Shown here: positions 24,828 to 36,770 of the stretch, piece by piece
How the letters are laid out: each line of letters opens with the position of its first letter
Position numbering within the stretch: position 1 is the stretch's first letter
Translations under genes and position numbers: made by a program
Notes under the pieces: generated by a model
The model's database searches: none
What the model was told of the DNA's origin: nothing
What the model saw: the letters and a program-made list of their open reading frames with translations, nothing else
NCBI GenBank assembly: GCA_946965045.2
Contig: OX337237.1
Coordinates: 434,001-498,000 of the forward strand
Origin: Epithemia pelagica
Lineage: Eukaryota; Protista; Bacillariophyta
Direction: 5' to 3'
DNA: 64,000 bases

Positions 24828-25928
24828 ATGCGTTTGCCCCAGGAAGAGACTCCAGGACGACAGCGATGCACATCGACAACAACAAAAAGACTGTCACATC
24901 CGATCGTCCTCCTTGTTGCGGCTCTTGTATTCGTATCCGCCAGTCCTGAGTATAGTACTGCTGTACATTCCTTTTCATCTGAAACCACTACGACAATCAG
25001 CACCCCATCGCAATCACGATTATCACCACCACTCATAAAGAAGAATGGTGCTCAAAACACTCGATTGTTTCAATCCAATCCTTTCTTTCAACCCATCACC
25101 AAGAACAACAAGAACAAGAACGTGCCATCGCAACGACCACAATCTCAGAGTCCCGCTCGAGAGTTTGCCACACTTGCCTTGATCCTGACACTCTCGACAA
25201 CCACAATGCTCGGTGGAATGCCGACTTCCTCAATGGCAGCCACTGTTCGTTCGGATTCCTCTACCCTTGTGGTAGCGGCCGATGAATCGGTCGATGATTC
25301 CTTTTCCTCCATGGACTCTGGATTTTCCACACAAGCCGTCGTCGTTCCCAGTACGACTCCCACTCCCCTGAATCCGGCCGACACGGTTCGTGCGACGGTC
25401 GACGTGTTGAAGCGTGCACAGGGCAATGTCGATTCCACCTTGCAAGCCTACGAGACGGTGGCCGATATCATTACAGAAGGAACCGGTGTGGGTGGCAAGA
25501 TTAATTACAAGGGCATTCAATTGGAACGTGGCTATGTGGCCGACGAAGATACCACCTTGTACAATCCCGGCTTGTCCCTCTTGACGGAGGGCGAAAAACA
25601 AGCCTTGATGCAAGCCGTCTTGGACGCTCGCAAAGCTGGCGTGGCGGCCAGTCAATGGAATGACAATGTCGAATTGGGCTATCAATTTTTGAAACAAGCC
25701 TTGGATCCCTGGCATGTCGTGGAATTGCGAGGCTATTTGCAAATTTTGCCCTGGTATGGCGGAGCCGTCTATCTCGCCGTCTTGGCCGTTCAACAACTGG
25801 TGTTAAACGAGCAAGAACAAAACAACAAGAGTCCGTCGGCGCGAACACCCTTTACCATTGCCTATCTCGTGGGAGTGGCCGCCGTCTTTGGACCGGCCCT
25901 CGTCTTGATTGCCGTGGGGCCGCAATAA
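24828..25928 (+). CDS. Hypothetical protein, probably plastid/thylakoid-targeted, with C-terminal TM helices
   Basis: Hydrophobic signal ending VHS|F, S/T/K-rich transit-like region, second hydrophobic stretch ending SSMAA, two C-terminal hydrophobic segments. Confidence 0.55.
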   Translation: MRLPQEETPGRQRCTSTTTKRLSHPIVLLVAALVFVSASPEYSTAVHSFSSETTTTISTPSQSRLSPPLIKKNGAQNTRLFQSNPFFQPITKNNKNKNVPSQRPQSQSPAREFATLALILTLSTTTMLGGMPTSSMAATVRSDSSTLVVAADESVDDSFSSMDSGFSTQAVVVPSTTPTPLNPADTVRATVDVLKRAQGNVDSTLQAYETVADIITEGTGVGGKINYKGIQLERGYVADEDTTLYNPGLSLLTEGEKQALMQAVLDARKAGVAASQWNDNVELGYQFLKQALDPWHVVELRGYLQILPWYGGAVYLAVLAVQQLVLNEQEQNNKSPSARTPFTIAYLVGVAAVFGPALVLIAVGPQ

Positions 25929-26736
25929 TAATAATAAGAAGAATCGTAGACGAACGAATAACGTAGAAACGACTTGTACCAAATCGAACCGAACCGAAAC
26001 AACAAGAACAAGAACAACATCCACGAAAAAAAACAACGCCAACTGTCAAATCACCGTCTATCGAGAACCCAGTAGACAATCCGTTTTCTAGCTAACATAT
26101 GGGCAGACAGGTCCAACCGAGATTTTCGTATCGTAGACAATCGTAGCAAACAGTCTCTATCCTCAAGTACTACTAGCACCAGCGACGAATCATGTCTCCT
26201 CCCATACTTGTGTAGGTTGTATACTCCATCCTCCTCCTCCTAGTACGAGTCTTGAGCTCCAGACCGTTTCGGATATGTGAAAGTGCGTTGCGTTGCGATT
26301 CCATGCTCTGTCGAATACTGTAAGTCATCCAACAGCAACATAGTAGTACGTCTTATCACAGCGTTGTCTTTGGAGCAAGAGAAAGAGACAACCTATGCGT
26401 TCCTCCTCAAAGTGGGTACAAACTCTACGATTTCCTCTTTGGGATAGAGAGCTGCCAACTTTCCCTATCGCCGTAGATGAATCAACCAACGGGACTGTAG
26501 AAGCGACCTATTTTTGGTCGCTCGTGACAATACTACTACCACTACCCCTATTAGGACTCCTCTAGCTACACCTATTTTCACCCCAAAATCTTTGTGCCCC
26601 GAACCGAAATCTTTTTCGGTCCGCAGACGCAGAGGTGTCATATAATATTCCGTCATTGATTCCAAAGAACACGATTGAGTACGAGCATCCACGAAAAGGA
26701 TTGAACCAAGCAAGACAAAATAGGGATCCAACACAC

Positions 26737-28470
26737 ATGACGATCGATCTGGCATGCTCTCACGAGTCGACGGCCATGGTTGTTTCGACCGCTGCCTTTG
26801 TCGGTATCGCAATCCTCGTCTTGGCGCAACAGCAGCAGTCGCAAGGTCCGCAGCCTGGAACAACCAGCCTCTGGACACGATTCTGTGGTGGCTGGTTCCA
26901 ACCAACCAAAACAACAACAGAGCGTAGTAGTACTACGAGGGATCCTCGTTCGATGCGTCGCGGATTGAGTTTTGTCCATCCCAGTTTTCACAGCCACAGC
27001 GACACTACCAAGACGAAACCGGATTCCATGGTCTGGATCTCGCCAAATGAGGACATTAACAACAACAACGACAACAACGACGAGGATGCCTTGTTGTTGC
27101 AACATGCCCATGCCTTGCGACAGTCCTTGTCCAAACCCGGCTTGAGTCAATTTCGAGTCGTGGCCTTGCTCTTGGTCGACTTTTTTGTGGAGAATGAGGA
27201 CGACAACCACAATCATCCTTTGACCACCATGGTCATTCCGGGGGCCAATCAGGAATCGGGATCCTTTTTGGGCGGTGCCATTTGTGCCGAACGAGCGGCC
27301 CTCTTGCAATTGCGAGCCTGGGATTTGTGGCAGACAAAGCCTCTCGTGACGGTTCCCCAAACAAGCACTAGTGGCAGTAACAACAAGACAGCTGAACCAT
27401 CCGAGTCGTTGGAGAAGAATGGTCGACAACTACCAAACCAACGACCCTCGATTCGTCGCATTTACATTGTTTCCGATGCCGTGACGGAGGCCTTGCCTCC
27501 GGGATTGTTGTGTCGTGAATACATGTACGGACACCCCGCCACCTCGCCGGAAACCGTCTTTGTCCTTCAATCCTCCTCCTCCTCAACGGCCCCGAACCAT
27601 ACTGTATGGAAAATTAACCTGCGAGACTTGTATCCCTTTCCTTCCATTTACATGAAGTGGACGACCGAGCAACAAGTGGCGTTTGGAACACATCATATAG
27701 AACAACAGCAGCAACAACAACAGCGACAACAACAGCCATTGCCAAACCCAACACTGTGGTCCTGGATGAAGGAGGCCGACTTGCTGGCACAAGTCGACAC
27801 GGTGGTATCCATCCACTCGTGGTGGTTTCAGGCCGTCTTGGAGGCGGCCCACCAGGCCACTCGATACGATGAACGCGACGACGTTCATCCCATTCGCTAT
27901 GGCGCCGCCGCCTTGGTGGTTCGTCGAAATCACCACCACGAGCAGCAGCCGGACGATACGACTCCCACCACCACTACCACCACGACGGGTCCATTGCAGA
28001 TAGTGTCGGCCCGGCAACTCAAGGCCTTGGAATACGGTGCCACTCAAGATGCCGTGAGTCAATTGCTTCCGCAACTCTTGCCGCATCCTCCTCATGAGGA
28101 TGCGGAGGATGATCCGGTTGTGCTTGCTGGTCTGGACCATGACAAGGCGCCCAATTCGTCCAATCCTCCCTCGCACGAACCTAAAACGACAGTAATCGGT
28201 CCTCCCCTCTTGCTCGTTCAAGTGGATCAATTTGGCATTCCTCATGCACCCTTTGCGGCAGCCCGCAGTTTGCTCGTGGAACATGGATTGGGTACGACAC
28301 CCTGTCTCCTGGCCAGTCTTGCGGAACACCAACAACGACAAGAAGAACAATTTCAAGACCAAGAAGAACCACATTCCTCTTTCAACCGCACGACCAACCA
28401 CTCTTCGTTGACGGCTCACATTGTCTTGGCGCAGGATTTGGCACCCTACGTTCCCAATTTTCGGGCCTGA
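26737..28470 (+). CDS. Cytidine deaminase-like protein with N-terminal TM and a second degenerate deaminase-like domain
   Basis: FRVVALLL, GANQES...GAICAERAAL, PPGLLCREYM; second module HPIRYGAAAL...LKALEYGATQDAV...PFAAARSLLVEHG. Start at 26737 or 26776. Confidence 0.7.
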   Translation: MTIDLACSHESTAMVVSTAAFVGIAILVLAQQQQSQGPQPGTTSLWTRFCGGWFQPTKTTTERSSTTRDPRSMRRGLSFVHPSFHSHSDTTKTKPDSMVWISPNEDINNNNDNNDEDALLLQHAHALRQSLSKPGLSQFRVVALLLVDFFVENEDDNHNHPLTTMVIPGANQESGSFLGGAICAERAALLQLRAWDLWQTKPLVTVPQTSTSGSNNKTAEPSESLEKNGRQLPNQRPSIRRIYIVSDAVTEALPPGLLCREYMYGHPATSPETVFVLQSSSSSTAPNHTVWKINLRDLYPFPSIYMKWTTEQQVAFGTHHIEQQQQQQQRQQQPLPNPTLWSWMKEADLLAQVDTVVSIHSWWFQAVLEAAHQATRYDERDDVHPIRYGAAALVVRRNHHHEQQPDDTTPTTTTTTTGPLQIVSARQLKALEYGATQDAVSQLLPQLLPHPPHEDAEDDPVVLAGLDHDKAPNSSNPPSHEPKTTVIGPPLLLVQVDQFGIPHAPFAAARSLLVEHGLGTTPCLLASLAEHQQRQEEQFQDQEEPHSSFNRTTNHSSLTAHIVLAQDLAPYVPNFRA

Positions 28471-28775
28471 AAGCAGTATATACCTACGACGATAAGCACC
28501 ATCACCGCCACACAAGGCCTGTCGTTTGGTTCCGTTTGGATCATATACCCTCGTCGAGTTCAAAAAGAAGTATGACGACTGCAACACCCACATCACCTTT
28601 GTTTGTGCCATTGAGCCATATCACATTTTGGGAATCGCATCTAGAAACATGCGGTTGCCGACTTTGAAGAAAAGCTACAAGAGAGAGAGACACACACAAA
28701 TGTATTATGCATGAATTCTATTATCTACTGGAATTCTCCATGAATGGGAGTCAGCCGATCGTGTCCAGGACAGAA

Positions 28776-29910
28776 TCATGGCGTCGGTGCAAAACATTCC
28801 GTGTCGCACTCTTGAGGTTCTAAATGATGTTCTCCATGAGGCGGCCCACCTGTAACGTTGACCCATCCCATGACACCAATTTCTTCATGTGCCAAAATAT
28901 GACAATGAAAAATGGTCCGTCCACCAATGTCATGGAGACGAAACCGAACCGTGCAAGGATCACGATCCGAGCTGGCAATGACATCGTACCATTGTCCTTG
29001 CTCGTAAATGTTGCCACATCCTCCGGGTGTCACGACTTGCATGTGGTACAAGTGCAAATGAAAGGGATGACGATTGCTGGCTTCAATGGTCCACTCTTGT
29101 AAGTTGCCATGATCAAAGCTTTCCAATGGAGTGCTGGCATCAAAGGCTTGTCCATTAATGGTCGTGGCAGTCAATGTGACGGTAAAGGTGTCGTGCACCT
29201 CCAGGTCCGCATGGTCGAGATCCTGCAAGTAGACGGGTCGGTCCGGGACCCACGGTTGCAAATCGACCGTTTCTTCCGGAGATACACCTGCCACGTCCAA
29301 GTGAACCATGCGGCTTTCTTCCGTCAAGGTCGCTGTCCCATGCTTGTACTAAATACCACTGCTTTCGCTACACTTGACGGCCAGGTCAATGCGCGTCGCA
29401 CCGGTAATGTCATAGACCGAAGATGCGTCTCCGGGCACTTGAGTCCTCCAAACACCATCGTATGCAATGGGATGGACTTGACATTTGGTATCGTCAAATC
29501 GAAGATCTCGTACCACGGCAGCCGGATCGGCACAAACCACACGCAACCGTGTCCACGTGTCGGGTGCCATATCAAACCTTAACACTCCGGCATCCAATCC
29601 ATTGGCCAGATCCACATTCTGGACGGTCGCCAACAACAAGAGCCTCTCATTTTGGATCATAGCTTGAATGCCATTGGGTCGTTCTGGAATACGGTCGGCT
29701 GGTTCAATTAACAAGACACCCACGGCGCCACGACTGACTTGAAAATTGGTATGTTCGTGGACATGGGCATGATACCAAAAGGTTCCGTCCATGTGATCTT
29801 CTGGAATTGTCCAGTTGTAAAACAAGCATTGACCAGGATCGACGGAGCGTGTAATATCATCGGCATTCCCGTCCCCGGGAATGTGGAGTCCATGAGTATG
29901 AATGTTGTTG
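28776..29910 (-). pseudogene. Multicopper oxidase paralogue, 5'-truncated, with TGG>TAG nonsense at 29349-29351
   Basis: HTHGLH, FWYHAH, HPFHLH, HCHILAHEEIGVM. Similarity to the neighbour begins abruptly at PNNIHTHG. In-frame TAG where the paralogue has W. Confidence 0.85.
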
Positions 29911-30648
29911 GGATCAACAATCAACAGCCGAAGCAAAGACATCAGAATCAGGAATAAGAGCACGTCAGCTCCAGGGCACAAATAGCACTAGCTGGTGTAG
30001 TCTAAATCTATAACCTTATCCAATACTGGTACTCGTGTACTTCTAGCTAGAGCAAATAGCAGAGTGCGAGGTGCGAGTAGCGAGTAGTACAAGTTACAGC
30101 TAGGAGTAGGAGCTAGGAGTATCTACAAGATCTGTGAATGAAGAATAATAATATTTTTATGTACCACCAAGACCGAAAGTCCACCCAGTCAGCTTTTGTA
30201 TCAAGTTTCAGTATTGCCCAAATTCAATAATTCTATCGAAGCTAGTTTCTGGTTTCTGCGTAACGAGTAGATCCTCTACGCCACTGTAGGAGTACGCGAC
30301 CTAAAATATGGTCACTTTTATCGTTGTTTTATTACGCATGTCCGCCACAAAGCAATCTTTCGTCTCAATTCAAGGAGTGTCACTATATTACGTTTCAGAG
30401 CAACATGAATGTTGCGGACATTCCCGAGAAATGAGATTGATCCACGGAACATCCCTTTCGTTTATTTTAGAAACAAGGGTGGTGCAAAGCTATGAAAGTA
30501 TCGTATTTCCGCTAACTTATAAAGATCAATGAAAAAATTAGAACTTCTCAACAACCCAACTCTTTTACCTCAAAAAAACACTCAGAACCACACTCATGAA
30601 TGAAGTTCTCCATGAATGGGATGCAGCCTGATCGTGTCCAGGACGGAA

Positions 30649-32725
30649 TCATGGCGTCGGTGCAAAACATTCCGTGTCACACGCTTGAGGTTCTAAATGG
30701 TGTTCGCCATGAGGTGGACCACCCGTAACATTGACCCATCCCATGACACCATTGTCTTCATGTGCCAAAATATGACAATGAAAAATGGTTCGCCCACCAA
30801 TGTCATTGAGACGAAACCGAACCGTGCAAGGATCACGATCCGAGCTGGCAATGACATCATACCATTGTCCGTGCTCGTAAATGTTTCCACATCCTCCTGG
30901 TGTAACGACTTGCATGTGGTACAAGTGCAAATGAAAGGGATGACGATTGCTGGTTTGGATCGTCCACTCTTGTAAGTTGCCATGATCAAAGCTTCCCAGC
31001 GAGATATCTTTATCCCATGGTTGTCCATTAATATTATTCCCAGCCAACGCAATCGTAAAGGTATCCTGCACCTCCACGGCGTCAAGACTCGCGAGATTCT
31101 GCAAGTATACGGGTCGAACCGGCTCCCACAGTTGCAAATCGACATCTTGACCCGTCGATGCACCCGTAACATCCAATTGCACCATGCGGTCTCCATCCGT
31201 TAAAGCATTAATTTCCAGGTCGTACCAGATTCCACTGCTGCCCTGGCTACACTTGATGGCCAGGTCAATACGAGTGGCGCCGGTAATGTCATAGACGTGC
31301 TGTTCGTCTCCTGGTACTTGGGTTCTCCAGACGCCATCGTAGGCAATGGGATGGACTTGACATTGGGTGCCATCGAAGCGAAGATCTCTTACCAACCCTG
31401 CGGGGTCTGCACATACCACGCGCAACCGTGTCCACGTGTCGGGAGCTAGAGTAAATTGCAATTGACCGGCATCCAATCCATTGGCTTTATGCGTCCCTAG
31501 GAGAGTCGCCAAGAGCAAGATTCGCTCATTTGCAATCATCGATTGAATGTCACCGGGTGGAACCTCAGCACTGTCGGCTGGATCAATCAACAAAACACCC
31601 ACCGCACCACCGCGGACTTGGTCGTTGGTGTGACCGTGGACATGGGCATGATACCAAAACGTTCCATCCATGTGGTCTTCTGGAATCGTCCAATTGTAAA
31701 ACAAACACTGACCAGGATTGACGGAACGAGTAATGTCATCAGCATTTCCATCCCCCGGGATGTGAAGTCCATGAGTATGAATGTTGTTGGGTGTGCCGCT
31801 CGAGGCCTGATTCTCAAGACGAAGTTGGTATGATTTTCCAGCCTGCATTCTGTAAGAAACATGCCAGCAATAACAAGAACGGACAGAGGGTTAGTTGGGT
31901 GGATGGTGTTAATTGAAAAGAAATGGAGGTCGTTCTTGCGTTTGAATTCACTATGACATACCGGATGAGTGGGCTCAATCCACCGCATTCGTCAGTGTCC
32001 GAAAGGCGGTATCCAAAGATGTCGTCTCCCTGTTGACAAAATTTGAGGGTTCCGACAAAATCGTATGGGGAAGAATTACAAGCACTTTCCCATACCAATT
32101 CTTGAAACTCTCCGGGAGACAATACTGGTGAAGGCTCAGTAGGAGATGACGTTGGGGATGATGTTGGGGACGACGTCGGGAATGAGGTCGGTGCTCCCGT
32201 AGGAGAAGAAGAAGGCTCGGCTGTTGGGGACGACGTTGGGGTGCCTGTCGTCTCAGAGCCTGTAGGGGATGAGGTTTTAGCTTCCGTAGGGGAAGAAGTA
32301 GGCTCGGCAGTGGGTGACGACGTCGGGGAAGAAGTAGGCTCGGCAGTGGGCGACAACGTTGGGGTTCCTGTCTTTGTAGACGTGGGTGACGACGTGGGAG
32401 ATTCAGTCGGGAGAGATGTAGGTTCCGATGTTTGTGTACCCGTAGGAGCAGGTGTTCCGTTCATTGGCGGACCGTTCATGGGCGGCCGGTTAATTGGCGG
32501 CCGGTTCATTGGCGGCCCGTTCATGGGCGGCCCGTTCATTGGCGGTCCATCCATAGGTGGCCCGTCCATGGGCGGTCCGTTCATTGGCATTTGCCCTCCT
32601 GTTTGGAGTTTTCTAACATCTTTTGCTCGAGCTCGTTCTCCACGGAGTCTCGCTTGGCACTGCACGCCAAAACTTCCAAGGACAACTATCCATAAAGCCA
32701 GTGCTGATGGCAAGTACAACCGCAT
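30649..32725 (-). CDS. Secreted multicopper oxidase (laccase-like) with MNGPP repeats and Ser/Pro/Thr stalk; join(32725..31962,31849..30649)
   Basis: Signal-like MRLYLPSALALWIVVLGSFGVQCQA. All four Cu motifs: HTHG, WYHAH, HPFHLH, HCHILAHEDNGVM. Intron phase is consistent. Confidence 0.9.
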
Positions 32726-34132
32726 GTTAGTCTTGAAAAGCGCTCGAAGGATCAATAGAAAGAAAGACTTACATTTCGCAATCATTGTTTGAGTTGCAAA
32801 CAATACGTTCAAATACAAGCAAGCAAAACGAATGACCAATCTCAGGCTTGCACTTTTTATGAGGACTTTGAAAACAAGAGGGGTCGAGTGAAAAATCGGT
32901 AGGGAGGTTGATGGATGTCTTTGACAGCAGGCACCATGGGTGCATCCGATAAAAATGTCACCTTGGATCTTGCGTAAAAGCTATGGTGCGCGTGCGTATA
33001 GGGGAAATGTGATCGAATATGATCAATTGATAAGCCCTCTTCTTGAGATTGCGCGTAGGGGTGACTCAAAAGTCCCCAGCAGAATATACGTACAGTACGC
33101 AGTGCGTGCCTCATAACTCACACTACCAAACTTTAAGTGCTGTGAGTTTCGATACGAGCTTCTTCGGTCCCGTTCATCCACACTTGTCACTTTGACAATG
33201 CCTCAATGACTACTCGAATGCAGAGTTTCAAATTTCCAGTGAGGGGGTTCCAAGAAGCTGTAAAAGAAAGAGGCCTCACGTCTTGAGAGGAGGATGAGAC
33301 CCAAGAATGGAATGACCACCAATCACAGTACCTAGTACGTATTTGTTAGCCATGTCTTTTCAACTCCTTTCCTTTGTATGGCTCATACCTCCAGGAGAAG
33401 TCGAGGTTGGGTCTCAAACTGTGAAAGGCACTTTCATTCGTCACTGACAGCGATGATTCAAGCGTTATCGATACCAGAGAAGATAATCGATTATCACCAT
33501 GCGACTGCTATAGCTTACCAGACAGAGTGATGACAGGGAATGTGGTTTCGTGGTAGCTTGTTGTCTGCAGTCTGATTCTGATGACGAACAGACGCTGTGG
33601 GATTGTGATCTGGGATAGGTGTGTCAGTTGAAACCTGTTACCTAGGTAATTCGATTTGTAGAGGCAGAACGTGTTGTTGGTTTTGTTGATGTCTGTCGCT
33701 TCTCCTACCGAGTATTCTCGCCTATTGAACGTAGAAAGTGCACTTGCTGTAGTTGTGATCGTTTGAAGCAGTTTGCCTTGTAGCTCGTGTCGCTGTCGTC
33801 GTCCTGTATGGAGCACACACGATGGGCCATGCATCGGTCAGCAGAATCGTAGTCCGTGAGTTCAACGTACTACCTTGTCCTATCCATGTCGAACGAGGAA
33901 CACAATAGGCAGGGAGTTGTGTAGAACGTGTTCCTAAATAGCGTTACGGTATTGCGGAAAGGTGATAAGTGGTAAAAAGAAGAATGTTTGTGGGTGGGTT
34001 TGGGTTTTGTCCATGTACGGAGTGATACGGCAAATAGAAACTGCGTCGTTTCGTGTGGTGGTCCCTGGGGTTCATTCCAAGAACGCACGACGAGTCGTCC
34101 TGGTGGACCTTTTGTGTGTGTGATGTGGTTTT

Positions 34133-35223
34133 TCAAAAGAAGGGTCCATTGCGTGGATCGCTGCCAATCCGATTCACGACCAAATGATTCAAAATGGGTG
34201 GTGCGGGTTGGGACGAGGACGAAATGCGTGCCGTCGTGGCATCGAGGGGAACGCCAAAGTCGGATGGTTTGTTGCTCGTGGACGGGGTCGTGGCGGCAAA
34301 GGCCGCGGCGGCCGCCGCCGTCGACGGAGCTTCCGAGGCCTCCAAGGCATAAAAGTCGGCCGACGATTCGACCGATTCCATCAAGACGGCATCGCCATAA
34401 AAAAAGAAGAGCAAGACGGCAAACAAAATGTAGAGCGGTGCCAAAAACATGCACGTGACGGCCAAAATGGTCGAAATCCGTTCAATTTCGTAGGGTTCCA
34501 TGCGTTGGTCCATATTATTATTATTGTTTTTGTCTTCGCGGTCATTGCCATCCGACCAATCTTCCACCTGTACAACAAAGATGAAAAGAAGGAGTCTAGT
34601 GAGATCCACCAACCCACAAAAAGACTAGGTTCACCCTATTCAATTCCATTCGTATTCCCCCTCTCCCTTACCCGCACTTCTCCGAGTACCATGGCACAAA
34701 CGAACAGGACATTGGCAAACATGACAATGGCGCCACCAAACATGCCAATTTTCAAGGTTTGATGGGCCGTGGGAGAAAAGCAGGGGGCAATGTAATCACC
34801 GCGCATACTGGTAAAGCCCACCAGCGTGGTACTCCCATACAAGGACAAGCCCAGTGCCATGAGGACGGTATACAAGGCCACGGCCACGACACTTTTGCTC
34901 TCAATTTGACCCAATTGCAAGTGCATCTCAATGTCCCGTTCGTCCGCCGAACCGCCGTGTTGACAATTGTTGTTATTATTGTCGCCGTCGTCGCCATTAT
35001 TGTTGTCGTTGCAGTCGCCTTGGTTTTGTTGTTGTTGTTGATTGTAGTCGAGCATGGCATTGTAATAGCGATCCATTCGCATATAATGGGCATGCACATG
35101 ACCCGTCATGACAATGGCCAAGACAAAGGCAACCAAGGTCAAGACGGTCGTTAAGGTCCATGTAAAGGCCACAACCGAACGCTTATTGGTCAAAAAGGAA
35201 CCACAGAGGGAAGGAGGAGACAT
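34133..35223 (-). CDS. Multi-pass membrane hypothetical protein; join(35223..34672,34567..34133)
   Basis: ATG ORF with about four hydrophobic segments; a phase-0 GT-AG intron joins ...GEVR to VEDWS... Confidence 0.7.
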
Positions 35224-36698
35224 GGTTGGTGATATTGAAAGGCAACGAGTGTGTGCGCCAATGGGAAGTGGATTCTTCGAGTTTTGGAATGGTCCAGGCC
35301 TCAAGCTGCTATGGCTGGTTTCGGACGATCCAACAAGGGACTTGTGTACACGCAAATGATTGAGTGGAACAAAGCTCTCTCTCTCGTCCAAACACTCCTT
35401 GTAGGGGGCTCAAACTCAACGGCTTCTATCTTTGTTGTTGTTGTGTGCTACGATATAGGACGAATGTACAGACCAGACGAGGCGTAGGGACCATGTTCCT
35501 TCCAAACAATGAACCAACGTATAATTTTTTTGCCTGCAATAACTTGTCGTCGTCGTCTTTTTGTTGTTGGTATCCTTTTTTGGGAAGTCGACAATTCCTG
35601 TAATACTCAACAAGAACGAGACACACAACCACAATGGTGAATGCTCTAGATCGATGGGTTCGGCTTGTTGTTGTTGTTGTTGTTGTGTCGCCCTCCTTCG
35701 CTCCGTTGTCTTCGCCGAGTCCGAGTCCGGCCAGACATTTTACAGCCAGGCGACCCTGCGCTCGAGCATCTCGCCGTTCACACCCTGCCTATCTACGCAG
35801 TCACGATTGCCCACACGTGGCGTGTGTCCGTTGAGTGTGTCATTGTCCCTATGGCTGGCGCGTTTTCGGTCGCGGATAAGGTCGCATTCCGAGCCTGTCA
35901 CTCCTTCGGCTCGCGCGCGTCGGAGGTACTCACAACCACAACAAACTCGACCACACCATGGCGGCGGCGGAACGAATGGCAACCATGCGGCAGCGCCACA
36001 ACCACCATCCCGAGCACCAATCCTGGTGGTCTGTCGTATCCTTGTTCCGGACACCGCAACGAGCACGACAACGACGAAACCGGTCCAGGATTGGTGCCTC
36101 TTCTTCTTGTTGTTGTTGGTCGACGATGGGTTCTGGAATGCTGCTGCTGCTGTTGCTTCTGATGGTCGGTCTGCATCCGTTGGGGGACATGGTCGTAATG
36201 GTACAGGCGTTTGGGGACGACGACGATACCAATGCTCGATTTGATCCGTACGACTTTGCAACCAATATCAAGTCCTGCCATGTGCCCGACCATCAATCCA
36301 CCACGAACAACGACGATCTTCCACCCTTTGCCACCAACACGTGTCGGTCTCGAAACAACAAGGAGGATGATCCAACGTGGTGGAATACCACCGAGAATGC
36401 GGCCCTCCTCCATGAATTGGCTGTCGCCCATGCTCCCATTTTGTATTTTCATCCCCTCGAAGTCTACTCCCCCGCTTCGGTCCATCGTACCCTGAATCAG
36501 GATGCAACGAATGACACTCCACCACCAAACGACAACGACGCCGACAAGGATGACGAATTGCCGGCCCGATTGTATTATGGAGACGACAGTTTGGTGGAAG
36601 GTTCGGCCACACCCGACGGTTTGCAACGCACGACACGCGATCCCAATTGGGTCTTGTTCTCCCACAGTTTTTATCTCACCAAAACACCACCAGCCAAT

Positions 36699-36770
36699 GA
36701 AGAAGAAGAAGAAGAAGAAGAAGAAGAAGAAGAAGAAGAAGAAGAAGAAGAAGAAGAAGAAGAAGAAGAA
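36699..36770. repeat. (GAA)24 coding microsatellite (poly-Glu)
   Basis: Directly visible. Confidence 0.95.
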
